The translations under genes and the position numbers were made by a program. A stretch of DNA of 64,000 nt. Origin: Convolutriloba macropyga. Taxonomy: Eukaryota. Under the pieces are notes generated by a model. The model worked only from the letters and a program-made list of their open reading frames with translations, had not been told where the DNA came from and ran no database searches. Where the stretch lies: contig NC_134470.1 in assembly GCF_964194025.1 (NCBI RefSeq), positions 77,438,001-77,502,000 of the forward strand. The letters run 5' to 3'. Below, piece by piece: positions 1 to 12,753 of this stretch (positions are counted from its first letter, which is position 1; every line of letters starts with the position of its first letter).

Positions 1-111
1 AATGTCATCGACAACTTTTTTTGCCCCCACTTCGTAAACCTCTTCCTGAGTGGAATCGGGACCACAGACAGCGTCGAAGTTGTACTTCTTTTCTCTCCCT
101 TCCACTTGAAC
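1..111 (-). CDS. Kinesin motor gene, coding exon 2 (runs off the window start); kinesin-1/KHC-like
   Basis: Hand translation of the minus strand from 111: VQVEGREKKYNFDAVCGPDSTQEEVYEVGAKKVVDDI, the kinesin 'Y.FD.V....SQEEVY...AK.IV.D' block just before the P-loop. Preceded by acceptor ...TAGCTTGCAG; phase 0 matches exon 1. Not in the ORF track. Confidence 0.9.
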
Positions 112-473
112 CTGCAAGCTATAAAGGTTCCCTCAATGTTTCATACGAACACTACTACTAAGTCGCACGTAATTTTTGAGTCGCACAATGGTCTGATCAG
201 AGATGTTTTGGGTCGCACTATGGTCGCACGATTTCTTGGGTGGCAGTACAGTCTGATCAGAGGGCAGTCTGGGAAATGGTCTGATCAGACCTGTCTAGGG
301 TCAGGCACCTAAACCTGGGTGCCATGCCCTGTCTTTTTTTTATCTCGGTTTAAGTTATATTTAGATGAGTGCTTTTTCTTGTACGTATTGGTTAGCCTAC
401 CGGGCAGACATTGAGATGAGGCGAAACTGAGTTGAAATTAAGCCCAGCACAAATCAATAAGGCATAAGAAAAA

Positions 474-634
474 GGATCTTTTTCGTTTGTGCCCCCCAGT
501 ACATTATGCTCCTCCAAGTTAAAGAGCACGTGCCATTACATGGTAAATGCTTATGTAAAAATACGGCACGTGCGTCTGGGGGGGTGCAAATAACATGCAC
601 CCACTAAGCTTGGAGTCACATACGGAAAAGATCC
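474..634. mobile_element. MITE family A copy (diverged)
   Basis: Ends GGATCTTTTTCGTTTGTG...CACATACGGAAAAGATCC; internal sequence is the reverse complement of the 1348 and 1947 copies; no clear TSD. Confidence 0.75.
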
Positions 635-1347
635 CAAACAAGTTCTCTAATTGCTTTAGACCACCTGTCCAAGGTTTCCCGCTTTTTCAACCCTACTAAT
701 TTGGCCCCCTATCATTTAATCACGATTTCACGCACTCTACATTAATTTGATTGTATTCAAATTATTAAATTCAGCTAACAAAATGGCACTATTAAGCTAA
801 ATTCAATCCATTAATTTTGGTTGCTCTCGTTATTAGTAACAATTGGACGTGAAGGATCCTACAAGGAAATTTGTTCATGCAGATTTAACAAAAAATCTCT
901 TGTTTCTTTTTTAATGATGTTTGATAACAAAGATTTGTTGCTCCATTTGGTTACCTTCCGTTTAAGTAATACGAATTGTTTGGTCCAGATGCAGAAATTT
1001 ATTCTGCTGAACCAAGAATTACTGAAACCAAGCAGTCTAACACAGCACTCATAACAAAGAAGTGAATATTTTAAAGCCTAAATTTTCATCAAAAGGAGAA
1101 GAAAAATCAACAAGTGGGCAATCAATTAGAAAGATTTTGACCAGACAAACATTTTTGTATGAGGAAGTTTGTTTAGGCTTTTATCAAATAGTTTTTTCAT
1201 CAATCCAGTTTTATAGTAATTTTTTTCAAGCAAACTTTTTAGTTCATAAAAAAGAATTTGAATTGTTGATCCGACAAACATCATGTCTATCGGGACAAAC
1301 TATTACATAAAAAGTCACTTAAAACTGACTAATTCAATTGGTTTGTT

Positions 1348-1514
1348 GGATCGTTTCCGTTTGTGCCCCCCCAGCTTACTGGGTGCATATTATTTGCAAC
1401 CCCCAGACGCACGTGGAATATTTTTACATGATGATTTACTATGTAATGGCACGTGCTCTGTAATTGGGGGGAGCATAACGCACGGGGGGGGGGGGGCACA
1501 AACGGAAAAGATTC
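1348..1514. mobile_element. MITE family A copy (GG-terminal TIR, 8-bp TSD; Merlin-like)
   Basis: TIR GGATC(G/T)TTTCCGTTTGTGCCCCCC; flanks GGTTTGTT / GGTTTGTC (7/8). Confidence 0.85.
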
Positions 1515-1820
1515 GGTTTGTCTTTTTCTGCATTTTTTTCGGTTACATAACAATTTATCCAATGCCATTATACCCACTGCCATTATACCCAATTCACATT
1601 GTTATTTTCGTTCCATAATCAGAGCACTAATTGGCAGAAAATAGCTTTTACACGTATGATTTAAAAAGCGGGTAATTTAATCTCTTGTTCGGTTGTGATA
1701 GTTTCATATCAAGTCCCACGGGCCGCTGAGGCATGGCCATGGCCATTAAGTATGTTATAACATACGGGTAATAGCGACTGCTAATTTGTTGTCGGATTAT
1801 TGAACGAAGATATCAAAGTA

Positions 1821-4800
1821 CATTGGTTATAATGGCATTGGGTATATTGGCATTGGTTATAATGGCATTGGGTATAATGGCATTGGGTTTATTGGCATTG
1901 GGTATAGTGGCATTGGGTATAATGGCATTGGGTATATTGGCATTGGGGATCTTTTCCGTTTGTGCCCCCCCCAGCTTAGTGTGTGCATATTATTTGCAAC
2001 CCCCAGATGCACGTGCAATATTTTTACATAATGATTTACTATGTAATGACACGTGCTCTGTAACTGGGGGGAGCATAACGTACTGGGGGGGCACAAACGG
2101 AAAAGATCCGGCATTGGTTATAATGGCATTGGGTATAATGGCATTGGGTATATTGGCATTGGCTATAATGGCATTGGGTATAATGGCATTGGGTATATTG
2201 GCATTGGGTATAGTGGCATTGGGTTTAATGGCATTGGGTATAGTGGCATTGGGTATAATGGCATTGGGTATAATGGCATTGGGTATATTGGCATTGGGTA
2301 TAATGGCATTGGGTATAGTGGCATTGGGTATATTGGCATTGGGTATATTGGCATTGGGTATAATGGCATTGGGTATAATGGCATTGGGTATAATGGCATT
2401 GGGTATAATTGCATTGGGTATATTGGCATTGGTTATAATGGCATTGGGTATAATGGCATTGGGTATATTGGCATTGGATATAAGGGCATTGGGTATAATG
2501 GCATTGGGTATATTGGCATTGGGTATAGTGGCATTGGGTTTATTGGCATTGGGTATAGTGGCATTGGGTATAATGGCATTGGGTATAATGGCATTGGGTA
2601 TATTGGCATTGGGTATAATGGCATTGGGTATAGTGGCATTGGGTATATTGGCATTGGGTATATTGGCATTGGGTATAATGGCATTTGGTATAATGGCATT
2701 GGGTAAAATGGCATTGGGTATAATGGCATTGGGTATAGTGGCATTGGGTATATTGGCATTGGGTATAGTGGCATTGGTTATAATGTCATTGGGTATAATG
2801 GCATTGGGTATATTGGCATTGGATATAGTGGCATTGGGTATAATGGCATTGGGCATATTGGCATTGGTTATAATGGCATTGGGTATAATGGCATTGGGTA
2901 TATTGGCATTGGTTATAATGGCATTGGGTATAATGGCATTGTGTATATTGGCATTGAGTATAGTGGCATTGCGTATATTGGCATTGGGTATAGTGGCATT
3001 GGGTATAATGGCATTGGGTATATTGGCATTGAGTATATTGGCATTGGGTATAGTGGCATTGGGTTTATTGGCATTGGGTATATTGGCATTGGGTATAGTG
3101 GCATTGGGTTTATTGGCATTGGGTATAGTGGCATTGGGTATAATGGCATTGGGTATAATGGCATGGGGTATATTGGCATTGGGTATAATGGCATTGGGTA
3201 TAGTGGCATTGGGTATATTGGCATTGGATATATTGGCATTGGGTATAATGGCATTGGGTATAATGGCATTGGGTATAATGGCATTGGGTATAATGGCATT
3301 GGGTATAGTGGCATTGGGTATATTGGCATTGGGTATAGTGGCATTGGTTATAATGGCATTGGGTATAATGGCATTGGGTATATTGGCATTGGTAATAATT
3401 GCATTGGTTATAATGGCATTGGGTATATTGGCATTGGTTATAATGGCATTAAGTATAATGGCATTGGGTATATTGGCATTGGGTATAGTGGCATTGGGTT
3501 TATTGGCATTGGGTATAGTGGCATTGGGTATAATGGCATTGGGTATAATGGCATTGGGTATATTGGCATTGGGTATAATGGCATTGGGTATAGTGGCATT
3601 GGGTATATTGGCATTGGGTATATTGGCATTGGGTATAATGGCATTGGGTATAATGGCATTGGGTACAATGGCATTGGGTATAATGGCATTAGGTATAGTG
3701 GCATTGGGTATAGTGGCATTGGGCATATTGGCATTGGTTATAATGGCATTGGGTATAAAGGCATTGGGTATATTGGCATTGGGTATAGTGGCATTGGGTA
3801 TAATGGCATTGGGTATATTGGCATTGGGTATATTGGCATTGGTAATAATTGCATTGGTTATAATGGCATTGGGTATATTGGCATTGGTTATAATGGCATT
3901 AAGTATAATGGCATTGGGTATATTGGCATTGGGTATAGTGGCATTGGGTTTATTGGCATTGGGTATAGTGGCATTGGGTATAATGGCATTGGGTATAATG
4001 GCATTGGGTATATTGGCATTGGGTATAATGGCATTGGGTATAGTGGCATTGGGTATATTGGCATTGGGTATATTGGCATTGGGTATAATGGCATTGGGTA
4101 TAATGGCATTGTGTACAATGGCATTGGGTATAATGGCATTAGGTATAGTGGCATTGGGTATAATGGCATTGGGTATATTGGCATTGGGTATAATGGCATT
4201 GGGTATAGTGGCATTGGGTATATTGGCATTGGCTATATTGGCATTGGGTATAATGGCATTGGGTTTAATGGCATTGGGTATAATGGCATTGGGTATAATG
4301 GCATTGGGTATAGTGGCATTGGGTATATTGGCATTGGGCATAGTGGCATTGGTTATAATGGCATTGGGTATAATGGCATTGGGTATTTTGGCATTGGATA
4401 TAGTGGCATTGGGTATAATGGCATTGGGCATATTGGCATTGGTTATAATGGCATTGGGCATATTGGCATTGTTTATAATGGCATTGGGTATAATGGCATT
4501 GGGTATATTGGCATTGGTTATAATGGCATTGGGTATAATGGCATTGGGTATATTGGCATTGGGTATAGTGGCATTGGGTATAATGGCATTGGGTATATTG
4601 GCATTGATTATAATGGCATTGGGTATAATGGCATTGGGTATAGTGGCATTGAGTATAATGGCATTGGGTATATTGGCATTGGTTATAATGGCATTGGGTA
4701 TAATGGCATTGGGTATATTGGCATTGGGTATAGTGGCATTGGGTATAATGGCATTGGGTATTTTGGCATTGGTTATAATGGCATTGGGTATAATGGCATT

Positions 4801-5646
4801 GGGTATATTGGCATTGGTTATAATGGCATTGGGTAAAATGGCATTGGGTATATTGGCATTGGGTATAGTGGCATTGTGTTTATTGGCATTGGGTATAGTG
4901 GCATTGGGTATAATGGCATTGGGTATAATGGCATTGGGTATATTGGCATTGGGTATAATGGCATTGGGTATAGTGGCATTGGGTATTTTGGCATTGGGTA
5001 TATTGGCATTGGGTATAATGGCATTGGGTATAATGGCATTGGGTATAATGGCATTGGGTATAATGGCATTGGGTATAGTGGCATTGGGTATATTGGCATT
5101 GGGTATAGTGGTATTGGTTATAATGGCATTGGGTATAATGGCATTGGGTATATTGGCATTGGATATAGTGGCATTGGGTATAATGGCATTGGGCATATTT
5201 GCATTGGTTATAATGGCTTTGGGTATAATGGCATTGGGTATATTGGCATTGGTTATAATGGCATTGGGTATAATGGCATTGGGTATATTGGCATTGAGTA
5301 AAGTGGCATTGCGTATATTGGCATTGGATATAGTGGCATTGGGTATAATGGCATTGGGTATATTGGCATTGAGTATAATGGCATTGGGTATATTGGCATT
5401 GGGTATAGTGGCATTGGGTATAATGGCATTGGGTATATTGGCATTGGGTATATTGGCATAGGTTATAATTGCATTGGGTATAATGGCATTGGGTATATTG
5501 GCATTGGTTATAATGGCATTGGGTATAATGGCATTGGGTATATTGGCATTGGTTATAATGGCATTGGGTATAATGGCATTGGGTATATTGGCATTGGGTA
5601 TAGTGGCATTGGGTATTTTGACTTTGGGTATAATGGCATTGGGTAA
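1821..5646 (+). repeat. 15-bp tandem minisatellite, consensus GGCATTGGGTATA(A/T/G)T, roughly 240 units
   Basis: Directly visible 15-bp periodicity; accounts for all the repetitive ORFs in the track here. Confidence 0.98.
1947..2109. mobile_element. MITE family A copy inserted into the 15-bp array
   Basis: Perfect TIR GGATCTTTTCCGTTTGTGCCCCCC; GGCATTGG duplicated on both sides (1939-1946, 2110-2117), out of register with the array. Confidence 0.9.
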
Positions 5647-5780
5647 ATTGTCCTGACACCATTTTTTGCACTGAGCTACAAAATTTTCTAGGGGAAATAG
5701 AATGCTTCCTGGAGTTTAACTCCCTGCGGCCAAGTAACATCAAACAATTTAATCTGGATTTTTGAAGTTGAAATTTCGAA

Positions 5781-5906
5781 TATTTCCCATTATAGCCCCG
5801 CCCCTAACTTAGTGGTCAGACGACCTATAACCCCAATCATCATTGTAAATATATCACAATGGGGAGCCATAATTTCATGGGGGGGGGCTATAATGGGAGA
5901 GACACC
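5781..5906. mobile_element. MITE family B copy (diverged)
   Basis: TTTCCCATTATAGCCCC...GGGGCTATAATGGGAGA; internal AACTTAGTGGTCAGA matches the 17417 copy. Confidence 0.7.
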
Positions 5907-6108
5907 AAAATTCTATCAACATTGATATGAAAAATGGAATGTTAACAAATTCTGTGAAAATGTTCAGTCGCCACCTCGTTACATAGCTAATCCCCTATAA
6001 TTTTAATTGAATTTCCTGGAAGAGTCCGGAAACGTAAATCCCAAAAGTTAAGTTAAACAGCTCAAGTTAACAAAAATAACTCCAACAAGTGTCAATGTTG
6101 ATATAGTC

Positions 6109-7254
6109 TGTAGAACTTGGTAAATCCTACTTTTCTCGCAATATTTCGCAATAAAAATGGATACAACTTGAATTTCGAAAATCGGTTACCATCAAAATGC
6201 TAGTAAGACTGTTGGCTTGCGATTCATGGCCATTTGACAGACCAAGCTATTATGGAACAAAAAAAGGTTACTTAGAAGTTGAGGGGGTGCAATATTGATT
6301 TTCTGATAGGTACCGAATTTGTAAAAGTTAGTTATCATCAGGTATTTATCTCAGTGCGGTTAAACTTGGTAGGCAGTTAGTGCATACCGTTGGGCAAGTT
6401 CCGTTGTTGTCAGTTTTGGGGAATTTGTTCTAGAGATACCGTGGGGGGACTTTAAACTTCCAAATAAGGCTTAAATTCTTGAGTTCATAGTTTGACCGAC
6501 TGATTAATTGGTAGCGTCATAAGTCTGATACTGCTTTTGTTTTAGTTTGAATAGCTTGAATAGAAGTCAGCAATGTATAAGGAAGGCATTCAGGTCATTC
6601 AATTTTTCTTTTGAAGTCTTAACAAACTTTACGTAAGAAAGGCTTACCTAATGTGGTCTATAAAGTGAAGTGAACAGATTCTTTTGTTTTGATAATTCTT
6701 GTAAATTGTTGCTTGATAAGTTACTAAGGAGTAGAACCACAACATTACCAAAGCAGTATCAAAACACAGCTGTAGCTTATGAGTTGACCTGTAGAGAAGT
6801 TGTGAGAACAAAAACACTGTTGAGGGTATTGAATTGACTTGATAAATTGAGAACACCGGTTCGCGCGCTTGAAAATCAGAACGCTTGAGAACACCAAACA
6901 ACCGCATCTAGATCAAGTGGCTTGATTGAGAGCTTGTAGAGTTAGAAAATAGTAGCTCTCTAGTGGTGAATTTGGTTAAAGTTGTGAACCATCTTATTAT
7001 AAAACCCTGGTTGATTATTGATTTGATTTTGTTATCTTTTACATTTTCTGTTTATTCATTTGATGTTATTTGATTATTCAACTCAGTTCATTATTCTAAC
7101 TAGAGTTTCTTACATCCGACAAGAGCAACGTGGGGACAAAATAACCGTCCGATAGAGGTCCGAGAGCCATCAAAACACCCCTTCCAATTTGTTAGAGTTT
7201 TGGGCGCTAGTCGGTCCCCAGCTAGTCAGCCTAAGCAAAGTACAAATATCTACA
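6109..7254 (+). repeat. 5' LTR
   Basis: TGTAGAACTTGGTAAATC...ATATCTACA; nearly identical to the 3' LTR from ~6250 onward. Confidence 0.92.
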
Positions 7255-7255
7255 G

Positions 7256-7273
7256 TGGCGCTCCTGGGTGGGC
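7256..7273 (+). promoter_or_regulatory. Primer-binding site, probably tRNA-Asn
   Basis: TGGCGCTCCTGGGTGGGC one base after the LTR end; complementary to a ...GCCCACCCAGGAGCG-CCA 3' end, which resembles animal tRNA-Asn(GTT) as I recall it (tRNA identity not verified). Confidence 0.75.
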
Positions 7274-8215
7274 CATCTCGAGATTTCTTGGCGGTTGGAG
7301 TGTTTTGGCGGCTATGGTGGTTGTAGTTGGACGTTGGACTTTGCAAGTGCGAGCAACAAAAGAGAGTGAAGAATTGACTTGTGCGACAGCGAGCGAAGAA
7401 GAAAGAGAAATCCATGGACAGAATCAAGTCGGGTCTTGACGGAGAGAGTGTTCAGTTGAGTTGGAGTTTGACTGTTGGTATTGTTAACATTTAGTTTTCC
7501 TTGAGACTAGAGGAGATTGAGTTTTGACTTAGTCAAGAGCGTAAGTTGCGTGAGACTGAGTTTGTACAGAGAATTGAGTAGAGTATCGGCTTTCTTAGAA
7601 GAAGGTTGTTACAGGGCCTTGGCCTAGATCAAGAGATTTGCGAGGCAAGGTAAAGAGAGAGAAGTGAGAAACAGAGGTAGTCTAAAGAGAGAAAAGCTAA
7701 GTGAGAGCAAGTTACTCAAGACTGTCATTGTTAGTAATTGGCTTCCTTGAGAAGAAGAGGGCCAGTTCAGAGTATCGAGAACTTGGACCAGGAAGTTGTC
7801 AAGCTAGTATTTGACAAGTAACAGTTGCGTGTGTAAGGTTTGGTGAGTATAGAGTAGTGTATAGAGAGATTAGATTTGATGGAGAGGGATTTTCCACGCG
7901 GTTTTTGTTTTTTTTAATACTGGAGGAACAAGAGTTAGAGAGTTTGACTCTGAGGGAGAGAGCAAAAAGAAGTTTGAGAAGTAGGCCAGTGTTGGTTCAA
8001 CAGCAGCAAGATTTCAGTTAAGATTGGCAAAGCAGATTAAGTCAGGTTAGAGGAACAGTAGTTACTGATAGGAGAGGATGAACTGGGCTTAGAGTGATAG
8101 GCTAAGGGATCTTCTCAGAGAGAGAGGACTGCTGGATAGAGTAGAAGAGTTAGAGTTGAGGAACACCACTAGTAAGTGGAGAGGGGAAAAAGAAAAACAT
8201 AATTATTTAGTAAAC

Positions 8216-11200
8216 ATGGATTGGAGTGCGTTCCCGTTTGTAGAGAATTTTCCGTCGGAAAGGTTTCCGAAGTGGGAAGACTGGAAGTTGTACTACCTTG
8301 ACGTTGTAGACGTTTTACAAATGAGTGAGGATCTAGCTATGTCGTCAATGCTTGGTCTATTGAGAGGATGGGCGTTGCAAGCGGTTTTGCATTTGCCTTA
8401 CAGATTCTGGTTTTCGGAAACTGGTGAAGTGGTAATGTCGTTAGAACAATACTTTGACATCATTGACGAGAGACTATCTTTAATAAAGGGGAAAAACTGT
8501 GATCATACGGATAGTAGTAGAAGTAGGGGAAGAAATGTACCGGAAGAGAAAGCGGAGAGTGAGAATGGTCAAGCAGAAGGTAAGATAAAAGACTCTTTAA
8601 GCAAGACCTCAGAGGAAGATTCTGAGCTTAGTGAAGTTGGTTCGGATTTAGTGGGAACAGAATGTGGTAGCCAAGATGAAGCAATGAGGAAGTTCCAGAA
8701 CGTGGTGGATTTGCTACAATTGAGTGAGGAGCAAGCAGAACAATTAGGTCCGAGTATGTTGGGAGAAGTAAACGGGGAAGAGCAAATAGGTATTAAGTAT
8801 CGATACGATCAAAGAACCGGACAGGAAATAATTGTGATCCCTATTGAATGGCTTGAGACAAATGTTGCTTCTACAGATTTCAAAAAAGAGTCAATTGAAA
8901 GTTTTGATGAAGAAACGCGTCGAGGAAATGAAGTTGAAGAATGCAAATATTTTGATGAAGAAAAAGAATAGAGAGTTACAGTCACAAAATAAAAAGAAAA
9001 TTGAGGAAAAGCAGCGCCGTAAGAGGCAGATGCATGTTGATATAAAGAGCAAGAAACAGAGAAGACTACAGGAAGAGAATAGGGGAAAATTCTTGTCTAA
9101 GTTGGAGAAAGTAGTTACGCCTGAAGGTTTTGTCTATTACGTTGACAACTATTCAGCGAAAAATGGAGGTGATGACTGCTTTCCCAATAGCGACTCTGAC
9201 AATGGGGGCAGTGAGGATGAGGAAGTTGAGTTTCGCTCTGAACAGAATGAGTTGGCTGTTTGTACTCAAGAGAAGAACAGCGACTGCTTAGATCTCTTGT
9301 CACCTGAGTTTTTGTCTCTAGTAGGAGGCGGTGAAGTCGATATGAAAGAGATAGAATCCAATCAAAGAACTTTTGCAGAAAGCCTAGCTGAAGACTACCT
9401 TAGAGCTACTTGGAATGAAGAGATTGATACTGTAATTGAAGAAGTCCCGTGTGTAGTTGAGAGAAAGGGTTGTGCATCTAGTAGTGTTGAAGAGGAGACT
9501 TTTCAAAACGGAAATAAAGTCAGAGAGAAAAGTAATGGTTCCGTTTGCCCCGTGAGCGTTAGTTCTGAACACTGGCAATGTACAGACTTACAAACAAATA
9601 GGATTGGAGAAACTTTTAGACAGGTTGAGTGGAGTGGCAACCCGGGTGACTTAAAAGGGAAATGGCTAAAGCTTTGGGCAGCTAATAATCCACAAGGGGA
9701 TGCAGTGGTTAAGGAGTTTCAGGCTGAGTTCGACACTAGATCAGGGGCAGTTGTGGACTTCGAAAATGATAGGAGCGTAGTCCAGAGTCCCAAAAATTTG
9801 AACAGACGAGATAGGATTCAAGTATTGTCGAGGGGTTGTGAAGCATGTCTGTAATGGGATACAGCAGGAGTTTTTGAATCGAGCGAAACTAGCGCGTCAG
9901 CTACTGGCTTGGAAGAAGGGTTTGACAATTGCACTTCAACTGAACAAGACGACCAACTCGAGGTGATTTCGAGAGCTTCCGATGGAGTTGTGTCTTGGGG
10001 GACAGCTGAGGTGTTTACGGTACCAAAGCCAACAAAAGAGAAAGCTCATTGGATTTGCAATCTTGACCACTGCAAATTGGCAGGGGAATTTACAAAGAGG
10101 ACAGATAACGAATTCCAGAAAGGACCTCAACTGCTATCGATGGCGAGAATGATAACTTTTCAAAGAGTGTTTGAACATACGGCACCAGCGATCAGGAAGG
10201 AATGGGAGTTTGGGCAAGCTTCGTTGGTTGTTTCAAGCAAGGAGAGCATTACAGCTTTAAACGAGTTTGAAACCGTTGATTTGAAGAAAAAGGTTCAATT
10301 ACTAGGCAGAGCTCGTGATACCATTGTGAAGTGGGATGCTGCATCAGATTTTCCTCAGTTGGATGCAGTTTTTGAGTCGCTTGTTATGTTAACAGACAAT
10401 TTTCAAAGCTATAACGAAGTAGTAGAGACTTCTAGTCAATTTCAACTTTGAGGAGGAGGAAGCAGTGATGTCACGGATAGGCAAAGGCGTGTGGAATCTT
10501 GCGATAAATTGTTGGTTTTCAGGACATCTGTTGAAAACGTTTTGAGTTGGTTAGAGTTCTTGCTTGTTCTAATGTTTGGTACCATGAAAAGTTTTTGGGA
10601 GTTTGAGAGATCCAATGACTCACAGATCTTAGCAGAAAAACAGAATAACCGGGATCAGCAGGACCAGGTCTTAGGATTTTCATTGGTGGAAACAAACAAG
10701 TTGAGACAAGAACCAGGTTTTAAAAAGCTCAATCAAGTGTTTATGAATTACGTTTCAAGGTCTGAAAAATGTCAATTGGTTCAAGAGAGTGCGATGGACA
10801 CATCAAACTTTCCTTCCAGTAGTGAAAGTATGCAGGGATGTTAATGTGAGTTTGAACAGTCAAGCAGTGTGGAGTGTAGCAATCAGAGGCTTCGGTTAAG
10901 ATTGAGAATTGAAGCGGGTCACGGAGTGGTTTTAGCAATCAAGAAAACCCCTCTGCTAAAGATGTCCTCAGGAAAAGAAACATGTTTGAAGTTCAGTAAA
11001 CGGCGAAGTGTGAGTTTTGGTGGAAAGTATACAAAGAGGTACTTGAGGAAGTTTGTGAAGATGAATGAAAGAAGTGGAAAGCAGGCTGAACTAGGCAAAG
11101 GCAAGGAAATCTCTAGTACTGACGAATCGGTCAAAAATACAGATGTAGAGGAGGCTCAACCAGACTTGACAACGAATGCGTTGTGTGTGATCACAACCGA

Positions 11201-11907
11201 GGAGTTTCACTTTCGGTCTACTCTTGACAGTGAAGCTGAAAACTCCTTGGGACAATCAGAAGTTATTGATGTCATGACTTCAGATAGAGTGGAAGATAGA
11301 TATCTGCACGCCCAATTGAACGCAGAAGTCGAGGGAACAGAGGAATTACGGAGTTTTAATGAGGGAGATTTAGGGCACAGCAATGTGTGGATGGTTGAAA
11401 GAGACTCTGATGACCTGTGGTTCCGAATGGGAGTGGCGTATAATTGTGTTAGTCAGGGCCACGGTCCTCGGAAAGAATGTTATCCCTTTTCTTTGGGGTC
11501 TTTAAACGACTTTGGGAGCAGAAGCGAGGAGGTTGATTCAATGCCAATTGTATGGTCCCCATCTGCCAATAGCACGTGATGTAGTCTACAACAGAAGAGA
11601 GGAGTCTCAGTCGGTAGTCAAATTGCATCTTGCGTTGATGGGATTGGCGGGCGATGTCCACAGCAGAAGGGAGGAGTTCTTTCAGGGAGGATTCTGTTTC
11701 AACGGTTGTCGAGACTCGTTGTCACGAGGGACAATTTGGCTTCAGACGAGTTGGAAGGACAGACGGAGCAGGCTGAAGCTGATGAAGAGATGGTGTTGGA
11801 GGAGGAGGCCTCCAGATGTGAGGTGTTGGTCCAGAGAGGAGATGGGCGGACATCCTTTCAAGCATAGAAGGAAGAAAGATTTTGAGGAAGTACAGTCGGT
11901 TTCGTAA
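8216..11907 (+). pseudogene. Disrupted ~1,200-codon ORF of the LTR element: gag-like N-terminus plus long acidic region
   Basis: Track ORFs 8844, 9909, 10491 and 10869 share one frame, separated by single stops; 8156 and 11512 join by frameshift. N-terminal WEDWKLYYLDVVDVLQMSEDLAMSSMLGLLRGWA resembles retrotransposon capsid N-termini. Confidence 0.6.
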
Positions 11908-12741
11908 AATTCAGCACGATAGCCTCTTTTATTTTGGTATCCTATCATTGTGTTTAAAATTAGTTTCTGTGTCTAATCATTGGTCGGTAGAGTGCTAAAG
12001 TAGGTCCGAAGAATTGATTAATGGAGTTAAGTTTGTTTAAATGGTGAAATATTTGCTTGATATTGTTACCCAAATTCTAACTGGTAGAGGGTGCATAGAG
12101 TATCTGTGGTTAAACACAGAAACTTGTTTTGTGAATATTGTGTAGAGTAAGCTAGTTGTATATAACAAACCTCGAAGTACTTTTACATAGGTGAGTTGAA
12201 CCAATTTAATTGAATTTGGAGTTACCGAAATTGTTGAAATTGAATTTTTGGTGAAATGGCCGGGGGAAATGATGAAAAATTTCGATGGTTCAACTAATCG
12301 GTTGTTTTGTAGATAAGACGTAACAGAGATTGCTATTGAGTTGTCTCTTTATTAGTTGTTATATGTGTTATATCTATATACAGAGACAATTTTCTAATTT
12401 GTATAATACTTCTAGTAGTTTCAGCCTTAATTGTTGATTTGAATTCATATGCTGTAAATTTGGTAAAAGTTCTAGATTAAAACATTGATGTACTGATGCT
12501 TATATGGAGATAGCGATGGTTCACAATTTGATCTACTAGGCCTAGCTTAAGTGAAAATAACTGCTGTGATGTGTTGTGGATTAAAAAAAAGGAAAAAGTA
12601 AGGTATGCATGAAGCAAAATCTGCTGATAAGTGAGCCTAGATATAAAAACCAGACAACCAGATAATTTTTTTTAAGATTAAGCTTAGTTAAGATTTAAGT
12701 CAAATGCCAGTTTTAGCAATTATTCGGGAGAATAATAGTGT

Positions 12742-12753
12742 AGAAGGGAGGAG
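12742..12753 (+). promoter_or_regulatory. Polypurine tract
   Basis: AGAAGGGAGGAG immediately before the TGTAGAAT start of the 3' LTR. Confidence 0.8.

Larger units (their letters stand above)
1541..5660. mobile_element. Fold-back/TIR non-autonomous DNA transposon with asymmetric, massively expanded subterminal repeats
   Basis: Left end GGTTACATAACAATTTATCCAATGCCATTATACCC (1541-) is an imperfect inverted copy of the right end GGGTATAATGGCATTGGGTAAATTGTCCTGACACC (-5660). Flanks ATTTTTTTC / ATTTTTTG are a possible low-complexity TSD. Confidence 0.65.

Noticed and set aside
160-310. GTCGCAC and TCTGATCAGA repeats as the end of another fold-back element
   Set aside because: No partner terminus or TSD found in the window.
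1823-5461. 1212-aa (ALGIM)n ORF and the overlapping (PNAII)n, (GIGYN)n, (PMPLY)n and (TQCHY)n ORFs as real repetitive proteins
   Set aside because: A 15-bp unit without stops opens most frames on both strands at once. It lies in an intron, within TIR caps, and a MITE is inserted in it.
1821-5646. CRISPR array or telomeric repeat
   Set aside because: No unique spacers, no cas genes, eukaryotic context; the unit is not a known telomere motif and is internal.
6644-6907. Duplicated 87-aa ORF (also 13254-13517) as a conserved gene
   Set aside because: Identity is explained by its position within the two LTRs.
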